Assembly (NCBI GenBank): GCA_002633005.1
Contig: NMRA01000069.1
Coordinates: forward strand, 912,990-976,989
From: Phoronis australis
Lineage: Eukaryota; Animalia; Phoronida
Length of the DNA stretch: 64,000 nt
Direction: 5' to 3'
Shown: piece after piece, positions 48,463-60,209 of the stretch
Layout: every line of letters begins with the position of its first letter
How positions within the stretch are numbered: the stretch's first letter is position 1
Program-made: the position numbers and the translations under genes
Notes under the pieces: generated by a model
What the model was told of the DNA's origin: nothing
What the model saw: only the letters and a program-made list of their open reading frames with translations
Databases searched by the model: none

Positions 48463-48620
48463 CAGTGGCGGATTTACAGGGGGACCAAGAGGGCCATGCC
48501 CCCCCTAAAATTCTCCCAGATTCTATTTGGCAGTTTGAGGGTGCGAATGTCTGACGGGCAAAACCCTGGCTTATACTCTGCCCTGGCCCACCTAACTCAA
48601 AAATCCTGGATCAGCCCCTG
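48463..48620 (+). mobile_element. CAGTGGCGGAT..ATCAGCCCCTG hAT-like MITE (family copies at 51741-52055 inverted and 52379-52536)
   Basis: Shared internal sequence gggccatgccccccctaaa..tttggcagtt..gggtgcgaatgt..gggcaaaa..aactcaaaatcctggat. Confidence 0.75.
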
Positions 48621-49971
48621 CAGTTAATTCGAGTTTGTGAAAGTCATGGGCTCACAACTAATATAATTTTCATGGTGCAGACCTGTAGGAAGGTAAATAT
48701 CATATCCCACCACCTTCCCCATTCTCCCGATGTTGTAAATTTTGTATCGACCCCTCTTGTACGACATAGCCTACGTGGGAGTGAATCCGGCGGTGCGCAC
48801 TGTAAAACTTTTCTAATTTCATTAGTATTTTTTAAATTTACTGTTTTTCAGATAGGCAAATGTCGTTAAGTGAAAATTGTTATTTGGGGAACGGGTGATT
48901 CTCTTTACTTCAGCTTGTAACTTAAGTCACTGAAGCATAACTACATGTAGTTCTTACCAGCTTAGCTCCTAATCGTCAAAAACTATTTATTGATTTTAGT
49001 ATTTACATAAAGAAACCAACGGGCACTCTCTCCATGAGAGGCACCTTACGAACTAATCAATAAGAACACGAACAGTTGGCCGCTTTGGATGCCATCCATG
49101 AGTTGGACGACTCAGCATGAAAGAATCCTAGATTTCCAAAAAATGCAAATAAGTGATGGTTCCTTTTTGAGGTTAGGCCAAATGAGGATTTCTGATCCCT
49201 GTGTGCCGAAAAGTTTGATTAAGTTTGTGTATCACGCCCCTGTTAACATGACCGGCACAGCACAGAAAAAAGTGGGGCTATAGCCCCAGCCCCCAATGGT
49301 GCGCCGCCTATGCTGTACTCTGAACAAAAATTTGGATGCTCAAGTATACCTGCTTGCGTATGTGACTATGCGTACAGTAATCATGTAATGTATTGCATAT
49401 AATAATGTAGTATATGTACTGTGGGCCGATGTCCTCGAGTGCAAATAAATGAAATGAAAGTAAATTTCCGAAAAAGGGGAACTGAGCAGCAACAGAATGC
49501 TCTATGCTAGATTTTTAATTTTTATCAAGTTATAAACAATCTCAAAAATAAACAAAAGGGATGCGACAGATGGCTCCATCATGCGTTTAGAGAAAAACAA
49601 TTTTACATTCCTTAAAATTGTCTTCTGGAATTTAAAAATCCATGAACATGTTCTGCAGAAGTTGTGCTTTGAAAATGTATGATATGAATGATACAACGCA
49701 CGTTTTCAAGTGCAATTAAATGATCTATGTTGCAAAAATGATGTCGATGTCCTGGCCAGAGCTCTTAAATGGTAAATCAAACACTGTTGGTTGACTTAGT
49801 TTTTCTTGAATTTTCTCTCGTCTCCATGTTTCGCTGTGATTCTTCTGTCGACTGCCTTTGGCCCCAGTTCATCGCTGAAACCTGCAAATCATTGAGGGGA
49901 GTATACCCGGCCCCTCGCTTCTTGCAGCCCTGAATTGGCACAATGCATTTAAGCTTTGAGGCAGTTAAATT

Positions 49972-51123
49972 CAGTGGCGGATCTAGGATATTACAAGGGG
50001 GGGGGGGTCAACATTTTGTCTGTAAACATTTGCTCAAAGCACGATTGTAGATGTGCATAGCACCAAATGGGGGGAGGTCGGGAGGGGGGTTTGCCCCTTC
50101 CCACCTGGGGCATTTTTCTGTTTTTTCCTCTAAAAATCCACAGGCGTCCTCAGCTTCTGATCGTCCCCAATACACTACATATAATACTACAAGGTAGTGT
50201 TATATGTAGTGTATTGGGGACGATAAGAGGCTGAAGACGCCTGTGTAAAAATCAAGCATTTTCCTTGATTTCCGAAGAGTTATCCAAGAAAAAAAAAAAA
50301 CACTAAGAAGGTGTCAAACAGGAAAAACTGCAAGTACCACAGAATCGAACTCGGCGCTAGAGAGCGCGTGCTTTAGTACTGCACCACCACGATTTAACGC
50401 CTAATATGATACTAAGAGACCTACTTGTTTATGATCCACAGCGTTTGCGCGCGAAACCTCCTTCTTTTGTAATGCTGCTTACATGTTTTATATTTTGTGC
50501 AATCAGTTCGCTACAAATTTGTTGTATTTAAAATAGTCTTCAATTGCCCAAAAGACCAAATCGTTTTTTTTGTGTTGGCAATAACGACGCTATTGCTTTG
50601 GAAATCGTCTTAAGTTAAGGTTTGACAAAGAGAGAATTATGAGTTTCTGAGTGATTCACTAAGGCTTCGATTAAAACTGACATCTTACCAGCAGCTCCTG
50701 TTTTTTCATCATCACTCAGATTCCATTTTCTTTAAAAAATGAAGTAATTTTCTTCATTGCACCATAGATTATAGACAACATCGTCTATGATTGCACAGTG
50801 ACGCAGACGACGGAAACGGAGTCGTAGTGCCCAGCGCCACTGCCGGTCGCCTGGGATATCGCGGGAGAGCCTTTACTTAGCCATAGTTCCGTTACGATTG
50901 CGCCGTGTTCCGAATTTGACACTTGAAGTTGGAATTGAGCCCCCCCCCCACCCCCCAAACACTAAAACTGCACACATTTAAATCTTGTTTCAGCCGCATA
51001 ATTTTAATTACCGGGGTTAATTAATAAACTCAACATTTCCCAACGCTCTTGCTGTTTTATTTTTTTTTGCGGCAGCCAAGGGGGTGGGGGACGGGTCCTC
51101 TGGCCCCCCTAAATCCGCCAATG
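49972..51123. mobile_element. hAT-like non-autonomous element with a 6-bp duplication and nested mini-elements
   Basis: taaatt|CAGTGGCGGATCTAGG ... CCTAAATCCGCCAATG|taaatt; another end of the same family at 55287-55324 next to a gap. Confidence 0.7.
50139..50245. mobile_element. 107-bp hairpin MITE with 8-bp TSD TAAAAATC
   Basis: taaaaatc|CACAGGCGTC...GACGCCTGTG|taaaaatc; arms pair almost to a 3-nt loop. Confidence 0.88.
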
Positions 51124-54100
51124 TAAATTCAAATCAAACCGATTTCTTCTACATCGAAAAGCTGTGTAGATTGGGGACTTACAAACTCTAAAGCAATGCG
51201 TTCTAGCCATTTATCTGTTGCAATGATGCTAAAAAACAACGATGTCCTTAAGAAAACCATGGTTGTAAGACCAAGACCGACTATTTTTGGAAAAGTTTAG
51301 TTTGTAGATTAAAAATAGTTCAAAATCTTGTGGGAACTCATAAAATCTTGTCTACCGTTTGATCAGAGACCGTCATTAGATTCATTGGTTTTTTACGTCA
51401 TTCAACATAGATATTCCACCAATCAACTAGTATCTATTAAGTGATATCGAGCAGCGAGCATATTTTTCTGCTGTTATGCAGCAGTCTTTTCAACGGCCAT
51501 ATTGATTGATTACTGTACGAAATAACATTTCACCAAGTCTCGGACTCCAACGGTTGTCTTTCATATTGCTGAAGTATCCCATACTTAAAATGTTACTGAG
51601 ACTGACATTTCTATTCGCACTGCACTCTTACTCTGAAACTGTAACTACTGAATGTAATCTAATGTGTTCGTAATATTCAATAAAACTGTGTATCGGTAAC
51701 GAAAATCGTCTGTTAAGAACTAACTAATCCATTCGGGAACCAGGGGCGGATCCAGGATTTTGAGTTAGGAGGGGCCAGGGCACAGGAATAACCAGAATTT
51801 GGGCAGATGCGCGCGCCCAGCCTAAAATTTGGGGATGCAGGGGTCTCGAATATTTGGGTTTGCGGACCTGTTGACTGGAAAAAAGGTAAACGGGGTTTGT
51901 TCAGGGCCTATGCATTGATTATTCAACCCCCCTGAACCCCCTGGATGCGCGCATGTGTGCTAGTCAGCAATTCGCACCCGAACCCCCAACTGGTATCTTG
52001 TAGAATTTTTTTGGGGGGGGCATTGCCCCCTTGCCCCCCCCTAGATCCGCCACTGAGAACATGCAGGAATTGATCCTGTGTTCGATTTTTTGTTTCCCTG
52101 CAACAAAAAGTTTTTGATTCAAGATTCGGAAAACAGGCTTAATCTAAACTGATCTCATTTATGGATCACTTGTACAGCTCGTGTTTTCGAGAGCCTCAGC
52201 TTTTAAGAAATAAGTTAATTTTCACATTCTAAGAACATGGGAAGCTCAAAAGCGAAGCTTTTTATGAGACCATGTGACTCCCCCGTAGTCACCCGTACGA
52301 TTCAGGAATCTTGCCTTTGATAAACTGAGATGAAACTGTTTACTCTCTAATTGATATTTTTATGATGTCGATAATGTTCATTGGTGGATGTAGAGGAGGG
52401 CCAAGGGGGCCATGCCCCCCTAAATTATTCCAGATTCCATTTGGCAGTTCGGGGGTGCGAATGTTTAACGGGCAAAATCCTGGCTAATACTCTGCTCTGT
52501 CCCTCCCCCCAACTCAAAATCCTGGATTTGCCCTTGTTGTGCAGACGACAATGTAATATCGGACATTTTTTGTCTGAAAATTCGAATAAAAGTTTGACAA
52601 AAATCAGCACATTTATACCCGAAGGTCTCGTATATTTGAATGATCTTTGTAGTTAGACTGTTAAAAACGTGTTTATGTCATGCCATTTTTGCCTATGCCC
52701 AGTAGTGGGTGGCGACATTTTATCCTTTTAAAACTCACTTTCTCTCATTTGTGTACGAGTGAAACTCGTGTTGAGAAGATTGTATGCTGTTCTATATTTT
52801 CAACACCAAAATTCTATTCACGATATCAGTATCATGATCAAGTTTCTATGATATCAAATAAATGTGATCATACATAGTGTTCTCAATTTTTCAAACTGCA
52901 ACTACATGTAGTCCCCAATATGCAAGATATCAAAGTTGCTAGTTTTTAGTATTCTATTTGTGTTGGAATTTTACTGACGATTGATAAAACGAGTGAATTC
53001 GTGGGATAAACTGTGATTACTTAGTGTTCGTTTTAACTGAAGCTATGGATGTTATCGTTTTCACGGTCGAAAAACTAAAGTTTGAGATTGAATGACATTT
53101 TGACCCTATAAGGTTTGAGCAGAGCTAAAGAACAAAAAAACTATTTGCGATTTTATTAAAAATCGCCAATTATTTCCGTAATTTGCCGACTTGATCAGCT
53201 AAGCACGTTTTTTAAGAATACTCTCCCACATACTTATGCTGGGACTAAGCGCAAGAATTTGTGAAGTTCGATCAATTAACGTTTCTGCAGGTACACCAAA
53301 AGCCACCATGTTGTATATTTCGTCTACGTGCAGTTCGCTGTCAATTTCGCTACACGTGGGCACAACGATGGTTAGAGCATTTGCAGCTTCAAACAGGGCC
53401 AGAGATATTTCAAAGCATGCATTTACAGATGTTTGCCACCGATCTTTTCAGCAATATTTGATTGTGCAAGCACATGGAACGATTTGTTATAATTGGCACT
53501 TGTCCTCGATAGCTTACAGTTTGATGCACCTGATATTTCAAGAATGAGTTTCCCTTGGTTTCAATCCTGTGCATAAAATAGTGATCCATCTGCTTGTCTA
53601 TTGCTACTTTTAAGGATATTTTTCGTTAGAAACCGTAGTTGTTTGATTTGTTGGTCTTTGAGCGCTTCGAGTTTTCTGTTTTCGGAACCAGACTTTTTTA
53701 GTCAACTGTTTTCCGGTCATTGGCCTAAACTTCCATAACGTGTGGTGGGTTATGATGAAGCGGATCGAAATAGTTGTATTTATGATTCAAGACTAGATGA
53801 CACATTTTTCTCAATATTTTACAAATATTTGTTCTCTCTTGAATAATAGTTTGTGAATCGATGCGTGTTTTACCCGACTCACCGCCAACCATTTTATCAA
53901 CAGTCGTCAACAGTTCGAAATTCCGGTTGTCTTCAATCGCCGAGTCAATGCTCGAACAATATCAGTATTGAGCATATTAAGCATAAGCTTATTAACAATG
54001 TTGTAGTTTTTGAATATTTACCACCTCTTGTATGTATCAACATTATTGTTCCGGATTACGACTTCCGGCTTACATACCAACCGGTCTCTGAGCCGGTGAA

Positions 54101-57100
54101 GGCAATCAAATGCAACCAAAGTAGATAGAGAAAGCCTAAATTAATGACATCGGCAATAGTGGGCCCAATGTTCCAGTTCTTTAAATGATCGACAGTAACA
54201 ATTTTTTCCAAAAAAGCAATGTTTTGAGTTTACGACAAAAATCGGACATCTTCCGGCACACAGTAATGATAACATGCATATTTTCGTGGAAAAAGAAAAC
54301 CAGGCAGAAATATCGCTGCAAATTAGCGTCATGTAAGCCATACAAAATATATGGTAGCTCCCACAGGCACTTGTATTTATCTGAATTCCTCTAACCCNNN
54401 NNNNNNNNNNNNNNNNNNNNNNNNNNNNNNNNNNNNNNNNNNNNNNNNNNNNNNNNNNNNNNNNNNNNNNNNNNNNNNNNNNNNNNNNNNNNNNNNNNNN
54501 NNNNNNNNNNNNNNNNNNNNNNNNNNNNNNNNNNNNNNNNNNNNNNNNNNNNNNNNNNNNNNNNNNNNNNNNNNNNNNNNNNNNNNNNNNNNNNNNNNNN
54601 NNNNNNNNNNNNNNNNNNNNNNNNNNNNNNNNNNNNNNNNNNNNNNNNNNNNNNNNNNNNNNNNNNNNNNNNNNNNNNNNNNNNNNNNNNNNNNNNNNNN
54701 NNNNNNNNNNNNNNNNNNNNNNNNNNNNNNNNNNNNNNNNNNNNNNNNNNNNNNNNNNNNNNNNNNNNNNNNNNNNNNNNNNNNNNNNNNNNNNNNNNNN
54801 NNNNNNNNNNNNNNNNNNNNNNNNNNNNNNNNNNNNNNNNNNNNNNNNNNNNNNNNNNNNNNNNNNNNNNNNNNNNNNNNNNNNNNNNNNNNNNNNNNNN
54901 NNNNNNNNNNNNNNNNNNNNNNNNNNNNNNNNNNNNNNNNNNNNNNNNNNNNNNNNNNNNNNNNNNNNNNNNNNNNNNNNNNNNNNNNNNNNNNNNNNNN
55001 NNNNNNNNNNNNNNNNNNNNNNNNNNNNNNNNNNNNNNNNNNNNNNNNNNNNNNNNNNNNNNNNNNNNNNNNNNNNNNNNNNNNNNNNNNNNNNNNNNNN
55101 NNNNNNNNNNNNNNNNNNNNNNNNNNNNNNNNNNNNNNNNNNNNNNNNNNNNNNNNNNNNNNNNNNNNNNNNNNNNNNNNNNNNNNNNNNNNNNNNNNNN
55201 NNNNNNNNNNNNNNNNNNNNNNNNNNNNNNNNNNNNNNNNNNNNNNNNNNNNNNNNNNNNNNNNNNNNNNNNNNNNNNNNNNNNNAATGTTGTGCCCCCT
55301 TGTAATATCCTAGATCCGCCATTGTACATGATTGCAATTACTATTGATGGCAAATTGTAGATTATCTGCTAAAGCCTTCTTTACATGGGGCTTGTGTCGT
55401 CTCTCTGTTATTGGAACGTTGAGTAATCTACAAAACCCATCCCCTAAAATCACCTAAATAGATTAAGCAAAACATCACACAACATACCACTGATCCAGAC
55501 TTGCTAGTGCCTTTAACATAATTTCAACTCATAAAAATTTGTCATTTTTTTAGAGTTCTGCAACACCTTAAACGAGCCAATCAAGCTGGATTGGATTGTC
55601 TTTGTTAATAGAAATTTAGAGATGATCTGTAGAAAAAACTGACCAAATTTGAAAGGAGTAGTCGGTCCATTCCCTTAAAAATGACATATTTTTACATTCA
55701 TGTTTTAGATTACCCTGGAACGGAGACGTCTGAGACGGGCATATTTTGTATGACAAAATAACACAACTTGAATGTACTAGAGTAAGATTTTATATGACTG
55801 GCTAACCTTGATTATTCGTTGTTCTTTGCCAATGAAGCAGTGGTTTTGAAATGTTCATTAAACAAAATCCGAGCACAGTCCCAAAATGAGCACAAAAATA
55901 CCAAAAATTTAGGAGTGTCAGGAAATAATTTTCAGGGATAATAAAGCGTATTCCAAAAATTCCTAAATTTGTAATCCAAAATGTAAAAGCAAGAAAAAGA
56001 GACAGAATTACTTTTAGTTCATAAAACTGAAAATTTTGAGTTTTGGCACTGGTGGACGCAGCCAGATGTGCCACTTACTCCAGCGCTACGTTTCTTTGCA
56101 TCGCCCTCGTGTGACCGGAGTGGCTATGGCTGAACCAAGGCATTATCGATAACGCAGACGTGATGAATGGCTCATACTTTAGGGCATGTAAAGGTAATAA
56201 GAACGGATCTGTTGTCATGTATTCCATCATAGATTTCGCTGGTAATGGCAATTTTCCTAGCTTGTGTGTCTCGCTCAACGAAATTTGGAATTAGAGGAAC
56301 CCGAAAAGTCACTAAATGAAGTGAAATTATTTCCAGGTGTTTATTTTTCGGAGTATTTTCTAGACACCCTCTATTGGCATCTTGTCAACTACAAAAGTTT
56401 TAAGTTCATTTGATACTTTCATGTCATTCATCTACAGAATACTGGTCACCTTTTATTATAGTGCAACATTTGGTACACATAAAAGCAATTCTATATGGGC
56501 TGTATTTTGTAAAATCTACGTAAAACTATTGATGCGCGGTATTTTAGATTCGAGAGCAACTTTATGCTCTGAAGTTCTGAAAACCGAAAGCACAAATACG
56601 ATTTTTGAACTTCTATCCATCACAGTTGAAATCTCTTCACTGACTGGGCTTGGTTTTTATGAGCTTGGATCATAAAAATCGCAACAACCCAGGATTTACA
56701 CGGTTGCAATTTCCTAAATTTTCCTGTTGAAGACATTCTATTGATAAATTCTTATTCAAATTCTTAGGATATAAAAACACTGAATGAACAACATATTTGC
56801 ATATTTTACAATAAGTTTCAATTCAAAATTTGAAAATGCCTGCACTTTACCGCACTATGCTAGTATTTAAACCAAAGTAGCAAATCTCAAATTACGGCTG
56901 TTTTGTTTCTTGACCGATTTTAGGGCATTCACATCGCTAATCTTTTTAGAAGCTCTCTCGTTACTATACAGCTTACTTAGGTCATAGGTCAAGAAATCTA
57001 TCCTACAATAGGTATAGACATTCACTTTTAGATTCCCTTTTTACCCTTTGGTGTTGCCACCACGAGCGTTCAATACTGATCAAGCCTCCTCTTATCGTTT

Positions 57101-57662
57101 GACCGATTTTCTGTCATGCACACAAACACCACTCGGGTGAAGTTGGCCGGGTACGGCCCGGAGCCACGTGAAGCGCTTTAAATCTGAAGCAATTTCAAAA
57201 TTGTTAGTGATCGTTATAGTTAGTAGTACCAGTAGATGCGATAGTTTTGTTGTTGTTGTCCATCTACATCCTTATACGCGCGGTGCCTGCTGTCACGTAG
57301 GGATGACACTGCTATTTTCATATCAAATGCATTCTAAGAAAAAGTCCCAATTTTTAGACCGGGATCAAAACTCTTATGTTTGCTTTATGATAGTGAACTG
57401 CCGCTATCGGCATCCACTCGGGAATGTGATTGATCACTCAAATAAATTACAAATTTTGAACACGCAGTGAGCTCCTGTTCACAATTTATCAGATAAAGTA
57501 CGTCATGTCATCACTGGTCGTTACGTCTGGTTACACGTGGACTTGGGACTATGCTAGACCAGTCATGTGCACTGACCGATAAGACATGTGTGACAAAACA
57601 TGTCAGGGGTAAGAAACTGTGCTTCGAAATTCCAACTAAAACCGCTGTACGGGATCAGCAAC

Positions 57663-57718
57663 CTGCTGCTGTTGCTGCTGCTAATGCTGCTATGCTGCTG
57701 CTGATGATGATGATGATG
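57663..57718. repeat. Compound (GCT)n(GAT)n microsatellite
   Basis: ctgctgctgttgctgctgctaatgctgctatgctgctgctgatgatgatgatgatg. Confidence 0.8.
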
Positions 57719-58603
57719 CAAGACAAGTTTTTCGAAAATAACAATTTAGAGGTTTACTTCTCGCTTTATTCATTATTAGTTCGGATACATGCGTAGCTCC
57801 GTATAAACGCCCGACAGGTGCTTCAGTGCGTGGGAATTTGGCCGGTGTCGACCAAACTGATCGTTGAGTGTTTTTAAAAGATGACGGGTAGTGGCTGAAC
57901 GTCAGTCACTTTTTGGCCAACATTTTGAATGCTACACAAAAACACAAAAAGCACCTCACACCAAAAGCTATTTTTATCACTCATTGTCACAAAACTAGTC
58001 TCAATATGCCCTGTTTCAAATTACCGACGACTTCAGAGTTTACCCAATTGTGATTCCATTGAGCTCAATGACGTCGACGGCTGGTCATTTTATGGAAAAT
58101 AGCCATAACGGACTCTCATTTCTTTCCAACGCTAGAAAATCTCTTCTCGTTTTAGTAAAAAGTAAATTGAGACCACCTTAACAGTCTTAAATTGTTGAAA
58201 ATGCTTTACTTGAGGTCAGGTGTATACCAGATATAAGCAATTTTGGCTTCAGTTAAACCGACTGTCTCGTAGAACGTGAAAAAAGAGATTTAACTAGATT
58301 ATTTAAAGTGGTTCTCTGCCAATAAAACAGAAGTCAGCTTGTTCCACTGCGACGCTAAAAATTGGTATTCTTGCAAAATGGATGCTTTTCTTGAACTTGC
58401 TACCTTTGGGCAGAGTTATAGAACAATGAAGCACAGGTTCGGATACAGTTTGAGACTGATCTCATGGACCTAAGTTACAGAACAGCAAACTATTCGTTCC
58501 CTACACTCCTGAGGCCACTTTCCCTGGCAACCGTTTTCAAACCTTTGAACATTCTTGAAATATTTTGAGAAAGTTGACAACATTTTTATTGTTACAAAAC
58601 CAC

Positions 58604-58863
58604 CGGGAAATGTGGGCAAGTGGATTGCTTGTGTACCACCTGTTCCTAAGGTCGCTGGTTCAAATCCCACTAGAACCCACTGCTAGACTCTTGAATTAGG
58701 TCTCCAGTTCTTCATATGAGTCTACTCTTAGTTTGTGTGTATATGTATTGAACATCTATGTTATTCAACAAAAATGGATTCAGGTGCTTGGTGCAATGGG
58801 CCTGGCTCAGTTGCCTACACACGTCTGATGCAACGCGTATCAGACCACATGCACTATTTTTGT
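58604..58863 (+). mobile_element. tRNA-derived SINE-like remnant
   Basis: A-box-like tgggcaagtgg and B-box GGTTCAAATCC (58657-58667); tail cacgtctgatgca..atcagaccac..cactatttttgt resembles 15015-15065. Confidence 0.5.
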
Positions 58864-59743
58864 CAGGAATGTTGTCTTTGGAGGTAATTCACAGATAGTG
58901 ATATTCGGGTTCTTCAAACCTCATCATCCTTTCATTGGTGGTCAATGCTAGTGTTTATTCTTGATACAGTTCCCTGTCTTAATGCTTTGTGCTTGGCATA
59001 AACATTCGTGACTAATCATGTTCCCAGATTAAGACTTTTTGCCTGATTCATCCATGTTTGGCCTACAAAGTAAATGTGTAGGCCTCGTGGAATGTGCCAC
59101 AGCGCCACCTATACGGAGTAGTAGGACCATAGACATCTTAATACTCCAAGGGCCCAAGGCAGGACCAAAAAACTTAACTGTTTGGCTGCAAGCATAACAC
59201 TGTGAGCCCGCAGATTTTCTGAATGATGCCGTAGGGCTCCCAGTGTTTTCCGTCATTTTTGTCCTGTGTAACTCTCCAATATGGCGTCACATTGACAACG
59301 CAAGCTGCATGTATCTGAGTGGCGCGCCCCCGGTCTATGTGATGTCTACGAGTAGGACACAGTCCACATTGATTATCAATTATATGACTGGAAAATCGGT
59401 GTCACATACGCATATCGCAGAAATCTCTAACAGTAAAAAGATCAATTACGCACATTTTTGGTGCTAAACCTTCATGAAGTTACCAAAAATTTACTACGGG
59501 TATTCGTAAGAGTTTTGACTGTTAGAAAAAATCTACTTATCACATGAATGCTGATATGAAATAACGCAATCCATGTCTGTAGAGTATTTGTACCTTATTC
59601 CTACTTAACTATTGAAAATTTTCATACGATAAATCTTCATCATCTGCTGCTTGTCTTTTTGTTTTTCTTTTACATTTTCTTTTCAAAAGGTGAGATCCTT
59701 ATCGCATATGATTTTTTGCTGTCCACATACGTTACAACAAGAT

Positions 59744-60133
59744 CTATGACAACCCAGCCACTATGAGCAGACCTGAGACGAACCCCAACAGGAAGTGCGT
59801 TTTGTATACAGCTATATGCAACAATCGTTCCGTGAGGTCAGGTGGGGAGGTGACGCCCTCTTGAATCAATTCTTGTTGCATCTGCGCTTGCATCTGCGCC
59901 AGTCTTTGAACAGTCGGGTTACTGGAAATTCTTTCCATTATTTCTTGTGACTTAAGCAAACATTTCTGCATCACTCCCATGTTCATTCGAATCGACCCTC
60001 GTATTTGAAGGAGCTGAACTGCCACCAAAGCGCCACCAACATACAGACATAACTTTTTCGCCATAGAACCGGCGAAGTAACCGGATAAAGCGCCAGCAGT
60101 GTTGCCAATAATTAGCTGTTGTAGAGGCGTCAT
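59744..60133 (-). CDS. FUN14 domain-containing protein (FUNDC1/2-like), intronless and divergent, 129 aa
   Basis: QLIIGNTAGALSGYFAGSMAKKLCLYVGGALVAVQLLQIRGSIRMN aligns with the FUN14 pattern (QIxxGxxxGxxxGxxxxKxxKxxxxxVGGGxxxLQ..GYxxI); C-terminal GFVSGLLI matches GFxGGFLL; start context aacaATGa. Confidence 0.82.
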   Translation of the reverse strand: MTPLQQLIIGNTAGALSGYFAGSMAKKLCLYVGGALVAVQLLQIRGSIRMNMGVMQKCLLKSQEIMERISSNPTVQRLAQMQAQMQQELIQEGVTSPPDLTERLLHIAVYKTHFLLGFVSGLLIVAGLS

Positions 60134-60201
60134 TGTTCAACAGCCCGTTGAAAAGTTGATGAGTTTGTGCTTACACGACGAGTGCTTTTACATTGCATTT
60201 A

Positions 60202-60209
60202 TGACGTCA
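60202..60209. promoter_or_regulatory. Palindromic CRE (TGACGTCA) about 70 bp upstream of the FUN14 gene ATG
   Basis: Exact TGACGTCA at 60202-60209. Confidence 0.45.

Noticed and set aside
54141-55353. ORFs of 320-398 aa, including a QINTSACG motif resembling Ulp1 or adenain proteases
   Set aside because: The length comes from the N run. The motif is short, with no visible catalytic His or Asp context.
58604-58680. Possible tRNA gene
   Set aside because: A B-box is present but there is no complete cloverleaf; it is better explained as a SINE head.
59097-59116. CTCF-like motif (ccacagcgccacctatacgg); another near 63098-63112
   Set aside because: Short motif matches in or near repeat-derived sequence; function cannot be supported from sequence alone.
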